DNA from: Eledone cirrhosa
Taxonomy: Eukaryota
DNA length: 64,000 bases
Reading direction: 5' to 3'
Assembly: GCA_964016885.1 (NCBI GenBank)
Contig: OZ024750.1
Span: 52,948,001-53,012,000, forward strand
The notes under the pieces: generated by a model
What the model was told of the DNA's origin: nothing
Seen by the model: only the letters and a program-made list of their open reading frames with translations
Database searches by the model: none
Part shown: positions 39,005 through 54,264 of the stretch, in pieces
Numbering within the stretch: the first letter of the stretch is position 1
Layout: each line of letters begins with the position of its first letter
Position numbers and translations under genes: made by a program

Positions 39005-39654
39005 ATGTGCACACATTTTCTATACAATCCACCCAGAAACAAGTTTTCTGCAACAGACCTCTAGTTAAACAGTAGATGTAATTAAGTTTGCTTCGTGGAA
39101 ATAATAAATTACTTAGTTCTCTTATATATGATAGTTGTTTGTATTTTGTCCATATAATTTCCTATTTTTATTTAGTTATATATCTGTAAGTAACGAGAAT
39201 TATGTATAGATAGATGTGAATATATACTGAACATTCGCAAAATGAAGCCACAGTTAATCGTAATGTAGAATTGTCTTAATTTGATTTAAATTACGTGTGC
39301 ATACATATGTATATATGTTTATGTGTGTTTATGCCTCTCTCTCTGTCTATATATATATATATAATTGGTAATAAGTATGGAAGATGGGTCAAATTTTCAT
39401 CAAATTTATTCAGGTTTGACGCGCGTTTCGCGATTGATCAGCTCAAGGTTCGATCTCTATCGAACGGGCCCGACTCTGGAATTAAAAACTCAACTGACTA
39501 CTGTTAGCTTAATGACGGAATGATTCGCCTATATATATATACATATATAACACTCATACACACACACACATATATAACACTCGTACACACACACACATAT
39601 ATATAACACTCATACACACACTTATATATATATATATATATATATATAACACTC

Positions 39655-39689
<35 letters not shown>

Positions 39690-39876
39690 TATCATACAAA
39701 CTTTCATTTAAATGTATAATCGTTCATATAGGATAGTCATAATTCATGTTTGCAATTATGTATGTAATGCTTTCCTAGATTGTAAAACCTTACTTCGCCA
39801 ATCATCAATGCCTTTAGAAAATATCACGAACCCCTTTCGTAAAGATACAGAAGCTACATATATATGAGAACATTAG

Positions 39877-39926
<50 letters not shown>

Positions 39927-40751
39927 ATATAAGTATATATGTTCTCCCTCATAGAACAACGTTGCTTACATACAGCATTGGGGTAGTACATGGTGTCATT
40001 TTTAAGGTTCTTTTACTGAGACAACCTTAAACTCACCCATTTCTCCGGCCTCATACAGCAATATAATGATGGCTGTGGTAATTTATTAGCTTCACTGGTC
40101 ATCTAATTCTGATCGATATTTACTTACCAAATTACTTAATTTCAGAACCGGGATAGATAGATATATATTAAAGAGGCCACAAGTTGACTTGATGCTGTTG
40201 TTTAATATTTTTATTCTTATAAAGCTAAAGCCGGTTTTCAGTGTTATTTAAATATGCTCCTGCATTTATAATAAATAATAGATTTATTTGATTCATCCTC
40301 TATCTCTTTCTCTGTATTAACAAACCCTGTTCGACATTTTCGTCTAATTTTTCTCACACCGTTTCTTAAACGATGACATCTTTTGTTTTAACTTGCATCC
40401 TTTATATTTTGAGATGATCTCTTAAAAAATAATTTCACGTTCACACACACACATTCATGAACGTTCACATGAACACACACACAATTATGAACGTTCACAT
40501 ACATACATGAACGTAACACATACACACACTTATGAACGTTCCATACACATATGAATGTAACACACACACACACTTATGAACGTTCACGTACACACATGAT
40601 GTAACATACACACACACTTATGAACGTTCACATACACACATGAACGTAAGACACATACAGACATACACACACACGTATGTTTATTATAATTACAAGGCAT
40701 CTGTGTTATTTAGTTTTTAGCTTAGTTAATGTAGCGGAAGGAAGCAAAGGT

Positions 40752-40842
40752 TGTGTGTGTGTGTGTGTGTGTGCACTGAACTATATGTAATATACGTGTG
40801 TATATATATATATATATGTGTGTGTGTGTATATATATATATG

Positions 40843-40873
<31 letters not shown>

Positions 40874-42734
40874 ATATATATATATGTGTGTGTGTATATA
40901 TATATATGTGTGTGTGTATATATATATGTGTGTGTGTGTATATATATATGTGTGTGTGTGTGTATATATATGTGTGTGTGTGTGTATATATGTGTGTGTG
41001 TATATATATGTGTGTGTGTGTATATATATGTGTGTGTGTGTATATATATATGTGTGTGTGCATATATATATATTGTATATGTATATATATATTGTATATG
41101 TATATATATATTGTATATGTATATATATATTGTATATGTATATATATTGTATATGTATATATATATTGTATATGTATATATATATTGTATATGTATATAT
41201 GTATATATATATTGTATATGTATATATGTATATATATATTGTATATGTATATATGTATATATATATTGTATATGTATATATGTATATATATATTGTATAT
41301 GTATATATGTATATATATATTGTATATGTATATATGTATATATATATTGTATATGTATATATGTATATATATATTGTATATGTATATATATATATATATA
41401 TATTGTATATGTACATATATATATATTGTATATGTACATATATATATATTGTATATGTACATATATATATATTGTATATGTACATATATATATATTGTAT
41501 ATATATATATATTGTATATATATATATTGTGTGTATATATATATATTGTGTGTATATATATATATTGTGTGTATATATATATATTGTGTGTATATATATA
41601 TATTGTGTGTATATATATATATTGTGTATATATATATATATTGTGTATATATATATATATATTGTGTATATATATATATATTGTGTATATATATATATAT
41701 TGTGTATATATATATATATTGTGTATATATATATATTGTGTATATATATATATATTGTATATATATATATATATTGTATATATATATATATTGTATATAT
41801 ATATATATTGTATATATATATATATTGTATATATATATATATTGTATATATATATATATTGTATATATATATATATTGTATATATATTGTATATATATAT
41901 ATATTGTATATATATATATATTGTATATATATATATATTGTATATATATATATATTGTATATATATATATATTGTATATATATATATTGTGTATATATAT
42001 ATATTGTGTATATATATATATTGTGTATATATTGTGTATATATATATATTGTATATATATTGTGTATATATATATATTGTGTATATATATATATTGTATA
42101 TATATATATATTGTATATATATAGTATATATATATATATTGTATATATATAGTATATATATTGTATATATATAGTATATATATTGTATATATATAGTATA
42201 TATATATATATTGTATATATATAGTATATATATATATATTGTATATATATAGTATATATATATATATTGTATATATATAGTATATATATATATATTGTAT
42301 ATATATAGTATATATATATATATTGTATATATATAGTATATATATATATATTGTATATATATAGTATATATATATATATTGTATATATATAGTATATATA
42401 TATATATTGTATATATATAGTATATATATATATTGTATATATATAGTATATATATTTGTATATATATAGTATATATATATATTGTATATATATAGTATAT
42501 ATATATATAGTATATATATATATTGTATATATATATAGTATATATATATATAGTATATATATATAGTATATATATATAGTATATATATATAGTATATATA
42601 TATAGTATATATATATAGTATATATATATAGTATATATATATAGTATATATATATATAGTATATATATATATTGTATATATATATATTGTATATATATAT
42701 ATTGTATATATATATATTGTATATATATATATAG

Positions 42735-42768
<34 letters not shown>

Positions 42769-44349
42769 TGTATATATATAGTATATATATATATTGTATA
42801 TATATATATTATATATATTGTATATATATATATATTATATATATTGTATATATATATATTGTATATATATATATATTGTATATATATATATATTGTATAT
42901 ATATATATATTGTATATATATATATATTGTATATATATATATATTGTATATATATATATATTGTATATATATATATATTGTATATATATATATATTGTAT
43001 ATATATATATATTGTATATATATATATATATTGTATATATATATATATATTGTATATATATATATATATTGTATATATATATATATATTGTATATATATA
43101 TATATTGTATATATATATATATATTGTATATATATATATATATTGTATATATATATATATTGTTTATATATATATATATTGTATATATATATATATATTG
43201 TATATATATATATATTGTATATATATATATATATTGTATATATATATATATTGTATATATATATATATATTGTATATATATATATATATTGTATATATAT
43301 ATATATTGTATATATATATATATTGTATATATATATATTGTATATATATATATTGTGTATATATATATATTGTATATATATTGTATATATATATATTGTA
43401 TATATATATATTGTGTATATATATATTGTGTATATATATATATTGTGTATATATATATATTGTGTATATATATATATTTGTATATATATATATTATTGTG
43501 TATATATATATTGTGTATATATATATTGTGTATATATATATATTGTGTATATATATATATTGTGTATATATATATATTTATATATATATATTGTATATAT
43601 ATATATTGTGTATATATATATATTGTATATATATATTGTGTATATATATATTGTGTATATATATTATTGTGTATATATATATATTGTGTATATATATATA
43701 TTGTGTATATATATATATTGTGTATATATATATATTGTGTATATATATATATTGTATATATATATATATTGTATATATATATATATTGTATATATATATA
43801 TATTGTATATATATATATATTGTATATATATATATATTGTATATATATATATTGTATATATATATATTGTATATATATTGTATATAATATATATTGTATA
43901 TATATATATTGTATATATATATTGTATATATATTGTATATATATATATTGTATATATATTGTATATATATATATTGTATATATATATTGTATATATATTG
44001 TATATATATATATTGTGTATATATATATATATATATATTGTATATATATATATATATATTGTATATATATATATATATATATATTGTATATATATATATA
44101 TTGTATATATATATATTGTATATATATATATATATTGTATATATATATATTGTATATATATATATATATTGTATATATATATATTGTATATATATATATT
44201 GTATATATATATATATATTGTATATATATATATTGTATATATATATATATATATATTGTATATATATATATTGTATATATATATATATATATATTGTATA
44301 TATATATATTGTATATATATATATATATATATATATTGTATATATATAT

Positions 44350-44385
<36 letters not shown>

Positions 44386-44532
44386 ATATATATATATTGT
44401 ATATATATATATTGTATATATATATATTGTATATATATATATTGTATATATATATATATTGTATATATATATATATTGTATATATATATATATATATATA
44501 TATTGTATATATATATATATTGTAAATATATT
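40752..44532. repeat. Compound (TG)n/(TA)nTTG microsatellite tract
   Basis: Directly visible. Confidence 0.97.
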
Positions 44533-46261
44533 ATAAATGCTCTGAAATAGCGATATATATGTGAATATAGACATAGAATATTCGAAAATATTCTGTATGT
44601 TTATAATAAACATTTTGAAGACCTAATCGCTATAGAATAGAATACGTCACGTATTACAATTAGATTCTCGATAAAAGCAAGGGAAGTAATCTACGCGTTT
44701 CATTCTCGTAAGAAATCATCAGGACTACATATCCAGTGCTTTTATCGAGAATGACACAGCTAGAGACTTATAGAATACTTAGCTGTGTACAGGAACTGGT
44801 TTGAAAGAGCGGTTGCCGGTCCGGCAGAAATTAGAAATTGGAATAAATGCTCTGAAATAGCGATATATATGTGAATATAGACATAGAATATTCGAAAATA
44901 TTCTGTATGTTTATAATAAACATTTTGAAGACCTAATCGCTATAGAATAGAATACGTCACGTATTACAATTAGATTCTCGATAAAAGCAAGGGAAGTAAT
45001 CTACGCGTTTCATTCTCGTAAGAAATCATCAGGACTACATATCCAGTGCTTTTATCGAGAATGACACAGCTAGAGACTTATAGAATACTTAGCTGTGTAC
45101 AGGAACTGGTTTGAAAGAGCGGTTGCCGGTCCGGCAGAAATTAGAAATTGGAATAAATGCTCTGAAATAGCGATATATATGTGAATATAGACATAGAATA
45201 TTCGAAAATATTCTGTATGTTTATAATAAACATTTTGAAGACCTAATCGCTATAGAATAGAATACGTCACGTATTACAATTAGATTCTCGATAAAAGCAA
45301 GGGAAGTAATCTACGCGTTTCATTCTCGTAAGAAATCATCAGGACTACATATCCAGTGCTTTTATCGAGAATGACACAGCTAGAGACTTATAGAATACTT
45401 AGCTGTGTACAGGAACTGGTTTGAAAGAGCGGTTGCCGGTCCGGCAGAAATTAGAAATTGGAATAAATGCTCTGAAATAGCGATATATATGTGAATATAG
45501 ACATAGAATATTCGAAAATATTCTGTATGTTTATAATAAACATTTTGAAGACCTAATCGCTATAGAATAGAATACGTCACGTATTACAATTAGATTCTCG
45601 ATAAAAGCAAGGGAAGTAATCTACGCGTTTCATTCTCGTAAGAAATCATCAGGACTACATATCCAGTGCTTTTATCGAGAATGACACAGCTAGAGACTTA
45701 TAGAATACTTAGCTGTGTACAGGAACTGGTTTGAAAGAGCGGTTGCCGGTCCGGCAGAAATTAGAAATTGGAATAAATGCTCTGAAATAGCGATATATAT
45801 GTGAATATAGACATAGAATATTCGAAAATATTCTGTATGTTTATAATAAACATTTTGAAGACCTAATCGCTATAGAATAGAATACGTCACGTATTACAAT
45901 TAGATTCTCGATAAAAGCAAGGGAAGTAATCTACGCGTTTCATTCTCGTAAGAAATCATCAGGACTACATATCCAGTGCTTTTATCGAGAATGACACTGC
46001 TAGAGACTTATAGAATACTTAGCTGTGTACAGGAACTGGTTTGAAAGAGCGGTTGCCGGTCCGGCAGAAATTAGAAATTGGAATAAATGCTCTGAAATAG
46101 CGATATATATGTGAATATAGACATAGAATATTCGAAAATATTCTGTATGTTTATAATAAACATTTTGAAGACCTAATCGCTATAGAATAGAATACGTCAC
46201 GTATTACAATTAGATTCTCGATAAAAGCAAGGGAAGTAATCTACGCGTTTCATTCTCGTAA
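44533..46261 (-). mobile_element. Retrozyme-like 310-bp tandem array, left arm (about 5.6 units, HHR on minus strand)
   Basis: Unit starts at 44533, 44843, 45153, 45463, 45773 and 46083. HHRs at 44686-44728 + 310n (5 complete, 1 cut by the inversion). Confidence 0.92.
44686..44728 (-). ncRNA. Type I hammerhead ribozyme (representative left-arm copy)
   Basis: Reverse complement of the motif at 46444-46486. Confidence 0.88.
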
Positions 46262-49200
46262 ACATACAGAATATTTTCGAATATTCTATGTCTATATTCA
46301 CATATATATCGCTATTTCAGAGCATTTATTCCAATTTCTAATTTCTGCCGGACCGGCAACCGCTCTTTCAAACCAGTTCCTGTACACAGCTAAGTATTCT
46401 ATAAGTCTCTAGCTGTGTCATTCTCGATAAAAGCACTGGATATGTAGTCCTGATGATTTCTTACGAGAATGAAACGCGTAGATTACTTCCCTTGCTTTTA
46501 TCGAGAATCTAATTGTAATACGTGACGTATTCTATTCTATAGCGATTAGGTCTTCAAAATGTTTATTATAAACATACAGAATATTTTCGAATATTCTATG
46601 TCTATATTCACATATATATCGCTATTTCAGAGCATTTATTCCAATTTCTAATTTCTGCCGGACCGGCAACCGCTCTTTCAAACCAGTTCCTGTACACAGC
46701 TAAGTATTCTATAAGTCTCTAGCTGTGTCATTCTCGATAAAAGCACTGGATATGTAGTCCTGATGATTTCTTACGAGAATGAAACGCGTAGATTACTTCC
46801 CTTGCTTTTATCGAGAATCTAATTGTAATACGTGACGTATTCTATTCTATAGCGATTAGGTCTTCAAAATGTTTATTATAAACATACAGAATATTTTCGA
46901 ATATTCTATGTCTATATTCACATATATATCGCTATTTCAGAGCATTTATTCCAATTTCTAATTTCTGCCGGACCGGCAACCGCTCTTTCAAACCAGTTCC
47001 TGTACACAGCTAAGTATTCTATAAGTCTCTAGCTGTGTCATTCTCGATAAAAGCACTGGATATGTAGTCCTGATGATTTCTTACGAGAATGAAACGCGTA
47101 GATTACTTCCCTTGCTTTTATCGAGAATCTAATTGTAATACGTGACGTATTCTATTCTATAGCGATTAGGTCTTCAAAATGTTTATTATAAACATACAGA
47201 ATATTTTCGAATATTCTATGTCTATATTCACATATATATCGCTATTTCAGAGCATTTATTCCAATTTCTAATTTCTGCCGGACCGGCAACCGCTCTTTCA
47301 AACCAGTTCCTGTACACAGCTAAGTATTCTATAAGTCTCTAGCTGTGTCATTCTCGATAAAAGCACTGGATATGTAGTCCTGATGATTTCTTACGAGAAT
47401 GAAACGTTCCCTTGCTTTTATCGAGAATCTAATTGTAATACGTGACGTATTCTATTCTATAGCGATTAGGTCTTCAAAATGTTTATTATAAACATACAGA
47501 ATATTTTCGAATATTCTATGTCTATATTCACATATATATCGCTATTTCAGAGCATTTATTCCAATTTCTAATTTCTGCCGGACCGGCAACCGCTCTTTCA
47601 AACCAGTTCCTGTACACAGCTAAGTATTCTATAAGTCTCTAGCTGTGTCATTCTCGATAAAAGCACTGGATATGTAGTCCTGATGATTTCTTACGAGAAT
47701 GAAACGCGTAGATTACTTCCCTTGCTTTTATCGAGAATCTAATTGTAATACGTGACGTATTCTATTCTATAGCGATTAGGTCTTCAAAATGTTTATTATA
47801 AACATACAGAATATTTTCGAATATTCTATGTCTATATTCACATATATATCGCTATTTCAGAGCATTTATTCCAATTTCTAATTTCTGCCGGACCGGCAAC
47901 CGCTCTTTCAAACCAGTTCCTGTACACAGCTAAGTATTCTATAAGTCTCTAGCTGTGTCATTCTCGATAAAAGCACTGGATATGTAGTCCTGATGATTTC
48001 TTACGAGAATGAAACGCGTAGATTACTTCCCTTGCTTTTATCGAGAATCTAATTGTAATACGTGACGTATTCTATTCTATAGCGATTAGGTCTTCAAAAT
48101 GTTTATTATAAACATACAGAATATTTTCGAATATTCTATGTCTATATTCACATATATATCGCTATTTCAGAGCATTTATTCCAATTTCTAATTTCTGCCG
48201 GACCGGCAACCGCTCTTTCAAACCAGTTCCTGTACACAGCTAAGTATTCTATAAGTCTCTAGCTGTGTCATTCTCGATAAAAGCACTGGATATGTAGTCC
48301 TGATGATTTCTTACGAGAATGAAACGCGTAGATTACTTCCCTTGCTTTTATCGAGAATCTAATTGTAATACGTGACGTATTCTATTCTATAGCGATTAGG
48401 TCTTCAAAATGTTTATTATAAACATACAGAATATTTTCGAATATTCTATGTCTATATTCACATATATATCGCTATTTCAGAGCATTTATTCCAATTTCTA
48501 ATTTCTGCCGGACCGGCAACCGCTCTTTCAAACCAGTTCCTGTACACAGCTAAGTATTCTATAAGTCTCTAGCTGTGTCATTCTCGATAAAAGCACTGGA
48601 TATGTAGTCCTGATGATTTCTTACGAGAATGAAACGCGTAGATTACTTCCCTTGCTTTTATCGAGAATCTAATTGTAATACGTGACGTATTCTATTCTAT
48701 AGCGATTAGGTCTTCAAAATGTTTATTATAAACATACAGAATATTTTCGAATATTCTATGTCTATATTCACATATATATCGCTATTTCAGAGCATTTATT
48801 CCAATTTCTAATTTCTGCCGGACCGGCAACCGCTCTTTCAAACCAGTTCCTGTACACAGCTAAGTATTCTATAAGTCTCTAGCTGTGTCATTCTCGATAA
48901 AAGCACTGGATATGTAGTCCTGATGATTTCTTACGAGAATGAAACGCGTAGATTACTTCCCTTGCTTTTATCGAGAATCTAATTGTAATACGTGACGTAT
49001 TCTATTCTATAGCGATTAGGTCTTCAAATGTTTATTATAAACATACAGAATATTTTCGAATATTCTATGTCTATATTCACATATATATCGCTATTTCAGA
49101 GCATTTATTCCAATTTCTAATTTTCTGCCGGACCGGCAACCGCTCTTTCAAACCAGTTCCTGTACACAGCTAAGTATTCTATAAGTCTCTAGCTGTGTCA

Positions 49201-49390
49201 TTCTCGATAAAAGCACTGGATATGTAGTCCTGATGAATTCTAACAAGAATGAAACGCGTAGATTACTTCCCTTGCTTTTATCGAGAATCTAATTGTAATA
49301 CGTGACGTATTCTATTCTATAGCGATTAGGTCTTCAAAATGTTTATTATAAACATACAGAATATTTTCGAATATTCTATGTCTATATTCA
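46259..49390 (+). mobile_element. Retrozyme-like 310-bp tandem array, right arm (about 10.1 units, HHR on plus strand)
   Basis: HHR motifs start at 46444, 46754, 47064, 47374 (deleted copy), 47674, 47984, 48294, 48604, 48914 and 49224. Confidence 0.92.
46444..46486 (+). ncRNA. Type I hammerhead ribozyme (representative right-arm copy)
   Basis: GTAGTC CTGATGA T-TTCT-TACG-AGAA-T GAAAC-GC-GTA GATTAC: stem I GUAGUC/GAUUAC, palindromic stem III ACGCGU, predicted cleavage after A46480. Confidence 0.88.
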
Positions 49391-49403
49391 TATATATATA
49401 TAT

Positions 49404-49434
<31 letters not shown>

Positions 49435-49605
49435 TGTATATATATATATATATATTGTATATATATTTATATATATTGTATATATATATATATATATATT
49501 GTATATATATATATATATATATATTGTATATATATATATATATATTGTATATATATATGTATATATATATATATTGTATATATATATGTATATATATATA
49601 TATTG

Positions 49606-49636
<31 letters not shown>

Positions 49637-49736
49637 TATATATATATATATATATTGTATATATATATGTATATATATATTGTATATATATATGTATATA
49701 TATATATATTGTATATATATATGTATATATATATAT

Positions 49737-49767
<31 letters not shown>

Positions 49768-50095
49768 TGTATATATATATGTATATATATATATTGTATA
49801 TATATATGTATATATATATATATTGTATATATATATGTATATATATATATATTGTATATATATATGTATATATATATATATTGTATATATATATGTATAT
49901 ATATATATATTGTATATATATATGTATATATATATATTGTATATATATATGTATATATATATATTGTATATATATATGTATATATATATATATTGTATAT
50001 ATATGTATATATATATATATTGTATATATATGTATATATATATATATTGTATATATATATATATATATATTGTATATATATATATATATATATAT

Positions 50096-50126
<31 letters not shown>

Positions 50127-50174
50127 TGTATATATATATATATATATATATTGTATATATATATATATATATAT

Positions 50175-50236
<62 letters not shown>

Positions 50237-51746
50237 TGTATATATATATATATATATATATTGTATATATATATATATATATATATTGTATATATATATA
50301 TATATATTGTATATATATATATATATATTGTATATGTATATATATATATATTGTATATGTATATATATATATATATTGTATATGTATATATATATATATA
50401 TTGTATATGTATATATATATATATATTGTATATGTATATATATATATATATTGTATATATATATATTGTATATGTATATATATATATATTCTATATGTAT
50501 ATATATATATATTCTATATGTACATATATATATATATATATTGTATATGTACATATATATATATATATTGTATATGTTACATATATATATATTGTATATG
50601 TACATATATATATATATATATTGTATATGTACATATATATATATATATATTGTATATGTATATATATATATATATTGTATATGTATATATATATATATAT
50701 TCTATATGTATATATATATATATTGTATATGTATATATATATATATATTCTATATGTATATATATATATATTCTATATGTATATATATATATATTCTATA
50801 TGTACATATATATATATTGTATATGTACATATATATATATATATTGTATATGTACATATATATATATATATATATATTTTGTATATGTACATATATATAT
50901 ATATATTTTGTATATGTACATATATATATATATATTTTGTATATGTACATATATATATATATATATTGTATATGTACATATATATATATATATATATTGT
51001 ATATGTACATATATATATATATATATATTGTATATGTACATATATATATATATATATTGTATATGTACATATATATATATATATATTGTATATGTACATA
51101 TATATTGTATATGTACATATATATATATATATATTGTATATGTACATATATATATATATATATATTGTATATGTACATATATATATATATATATTGTATA
51201 TGTACATATATATATATATATATTGTATATGTACATATATATATATATATATTGTATATGTACATATATATATATATATTGTATATGTACATATATATAT
51301 ATATATTGTATATGTACATATATATATATATATTGTATATGTACATATATATATATATATATTGTATATGTACATATATATATATATATTGTATATGTAC
51401 ATATATATATATATATATTGTATATGTACATATATATATATATATTGTATATGTACATATATATATATATATTGTATATGTACATATATATATATATATT
51501 GTATATGTACATATATATATATATATTGTATATGTACATATATATATATATATTGTATATGTACATATATATATATATATTGTATATGTACATATATATA
51601 TATATATTGTATATGTACATATATATATATATATTGTATATATATATATATATATATATATTGTATATATATATATTATATATATATATTGTATATATAT
51701 ATATATATATATATTGTATATATATATATTGTATATATATATATTG

Positions 51747-51777
<31 letters not shown>

Positions 51778-52814
51778 TGTATATATATATATATTATATA
51801 TATATATTGTATATATATATATTGTATATATATTGTATATATATATATTGTATATATATATATATATATTGTATATATATATTGTATATATATATATATA
51901 TATTGTATATATATATATTGTATATATATATATATATTGTATATATATATATATATTGTATATATATATATATATATTGTATATATATATATTGTATATA
52001 TATATATTGTATATATATATATTGTATATATATATATATATATATTGTATATATATTGTATATATATATATATATATTGTATATATATATATATATATTG
52101 TATATATATATTGTATATATATATATTGTATATATATATATTGTATATATATATTGTATATATATATTGTATATATATATTGTATATATATATTGTATAT
52201 ATATATATATTGTATATATATATATATTGTATATATATATATATTGTATATATATATATTGTATATATATATATTGTATATATATATATTGTATATATAT
52301 ATATTGTATATATATATATTGTATATATATATATTGTATATATATATATTGTATATATATATATTGTATATATATATATATTGTATATATATATATTGTA
52401 TATATATATATATTGTATATATATATATATTGTATATATATATATTTGTATATATATATATTGTATATATATATATATTGTATATATATATTGTATATAT
52501 ATATTGTATATATATTGTATATATATATTATATATATATATTGTATATATATATATTGTATATATATATATTGTTATATATATATTGTGTATATATATTG
52601 TGTATATATATATTGTGTATATATATATATTATTGTATATATATATATATTGTATATATTATATATATATTGTATATATATATATTGTATATATATATAT
52701 TGTATATATATATATTGTGTATATATATATATTGTATATAATATATTGTATATATATTGTATATATATATATTGTATATATATATATATATATTGTATAT
52801 ATATATATATATTG

Positions 52815-52849
<35 letters not shown>

Positions 52850-53087
52850 TATATATATATATATATTGTATATATATATATATTGTATATATATATATAT
52901 TGTATATATATATATTGTATATATATATATATTGTATATATATATATATATTGTATATATATATATTGTATATATATATATTGTATATATATATATATTG
53001 TATATATATATATATTGTATATATATATATATATATATTGTATATATATATATTGTATATATATATATATATATTGTATATATATAT

Positions 53088-53123
<36 letters not shown>

Positions 53124-53570
53124 ATATATATATATTGTATATATATATATATTATATATATTGTATATATATATATATATATTGTATATATATATATTGT
53201 ATATATATATATTGTATATATTGTATATATATATATATTGTATATATATATATATATATATTGTATATATATATATATTGTATATATATATATTGTATAT
53301 ATATATATATTGTATATATATATATATTGTATATATATATATTGTATATATATATTATATATATATTTATATTGTATATATATATTATATATATATTGTA
53401 TATATATATATATATTGTATATATATATATATATATTGTATATATATATTGTATATATATATATATATATTGTATATATATATATATATTGTATATATAT
53501 ATATATATTGTATATATATATTATATATATATATTGTATATATATATATATATATTGTATATATATATAT

Positions 53571-53632
<62 letters not shown>

Positions 53633-53933
53633 TGTATATATATATATATATATTGTATATATATATATATATATTGTATATATATATATATATATATTGT
53701 ATATATATATATATATTGTATATATATATATATATATATATTGTATATATATATATATATATTGTATATATATATATATATATATTGTATATATATATAT
53801 ATATATATTGTATATATATATATATATATATATATTGTATATATATATATATATATATATTGTATATATATATATATATATATTGTATATATATATATAT
53901 ATATATATTGTATATATATATATATATATATAT

Positions 53934-53969
<36 letters not shown>

Positions 53970-54000
53970 ATATATATATATTATATATATATATATATAT

Positions 54001-54036
<36 letters not shown>

Positions 54037-54064
54037 ATATATATATATTATATATATATATATA
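49391..54064. repeat. (TA)nTTG microsatellite tract
   Basis: Directly visible. Confidence 0.97.
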
Positions 54065-54264
54065 NNNNNNNNNNNNNNNNNNNNNNNNNNNNNNNNNNNN
54101 NNNNNNNNNNNNNNNNNNNNNNNNNNNNNNNNNNNNNNNNNNNNNNNNNNNNNNNNNNNNNNNNNNNNNNNNNNNNNNNNNNNNNNNNNNNNNNNNNNNN
54201 NNNNNNNNNNNNNNNNNNNNNNNNNNNNNNNNNNNNNNNNNNNNNNNNNNNNNNNNNNNNNNNN
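54065..54264. other. Assembly gap (200 N)
   Basis: Run of N. Confidence 1.
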
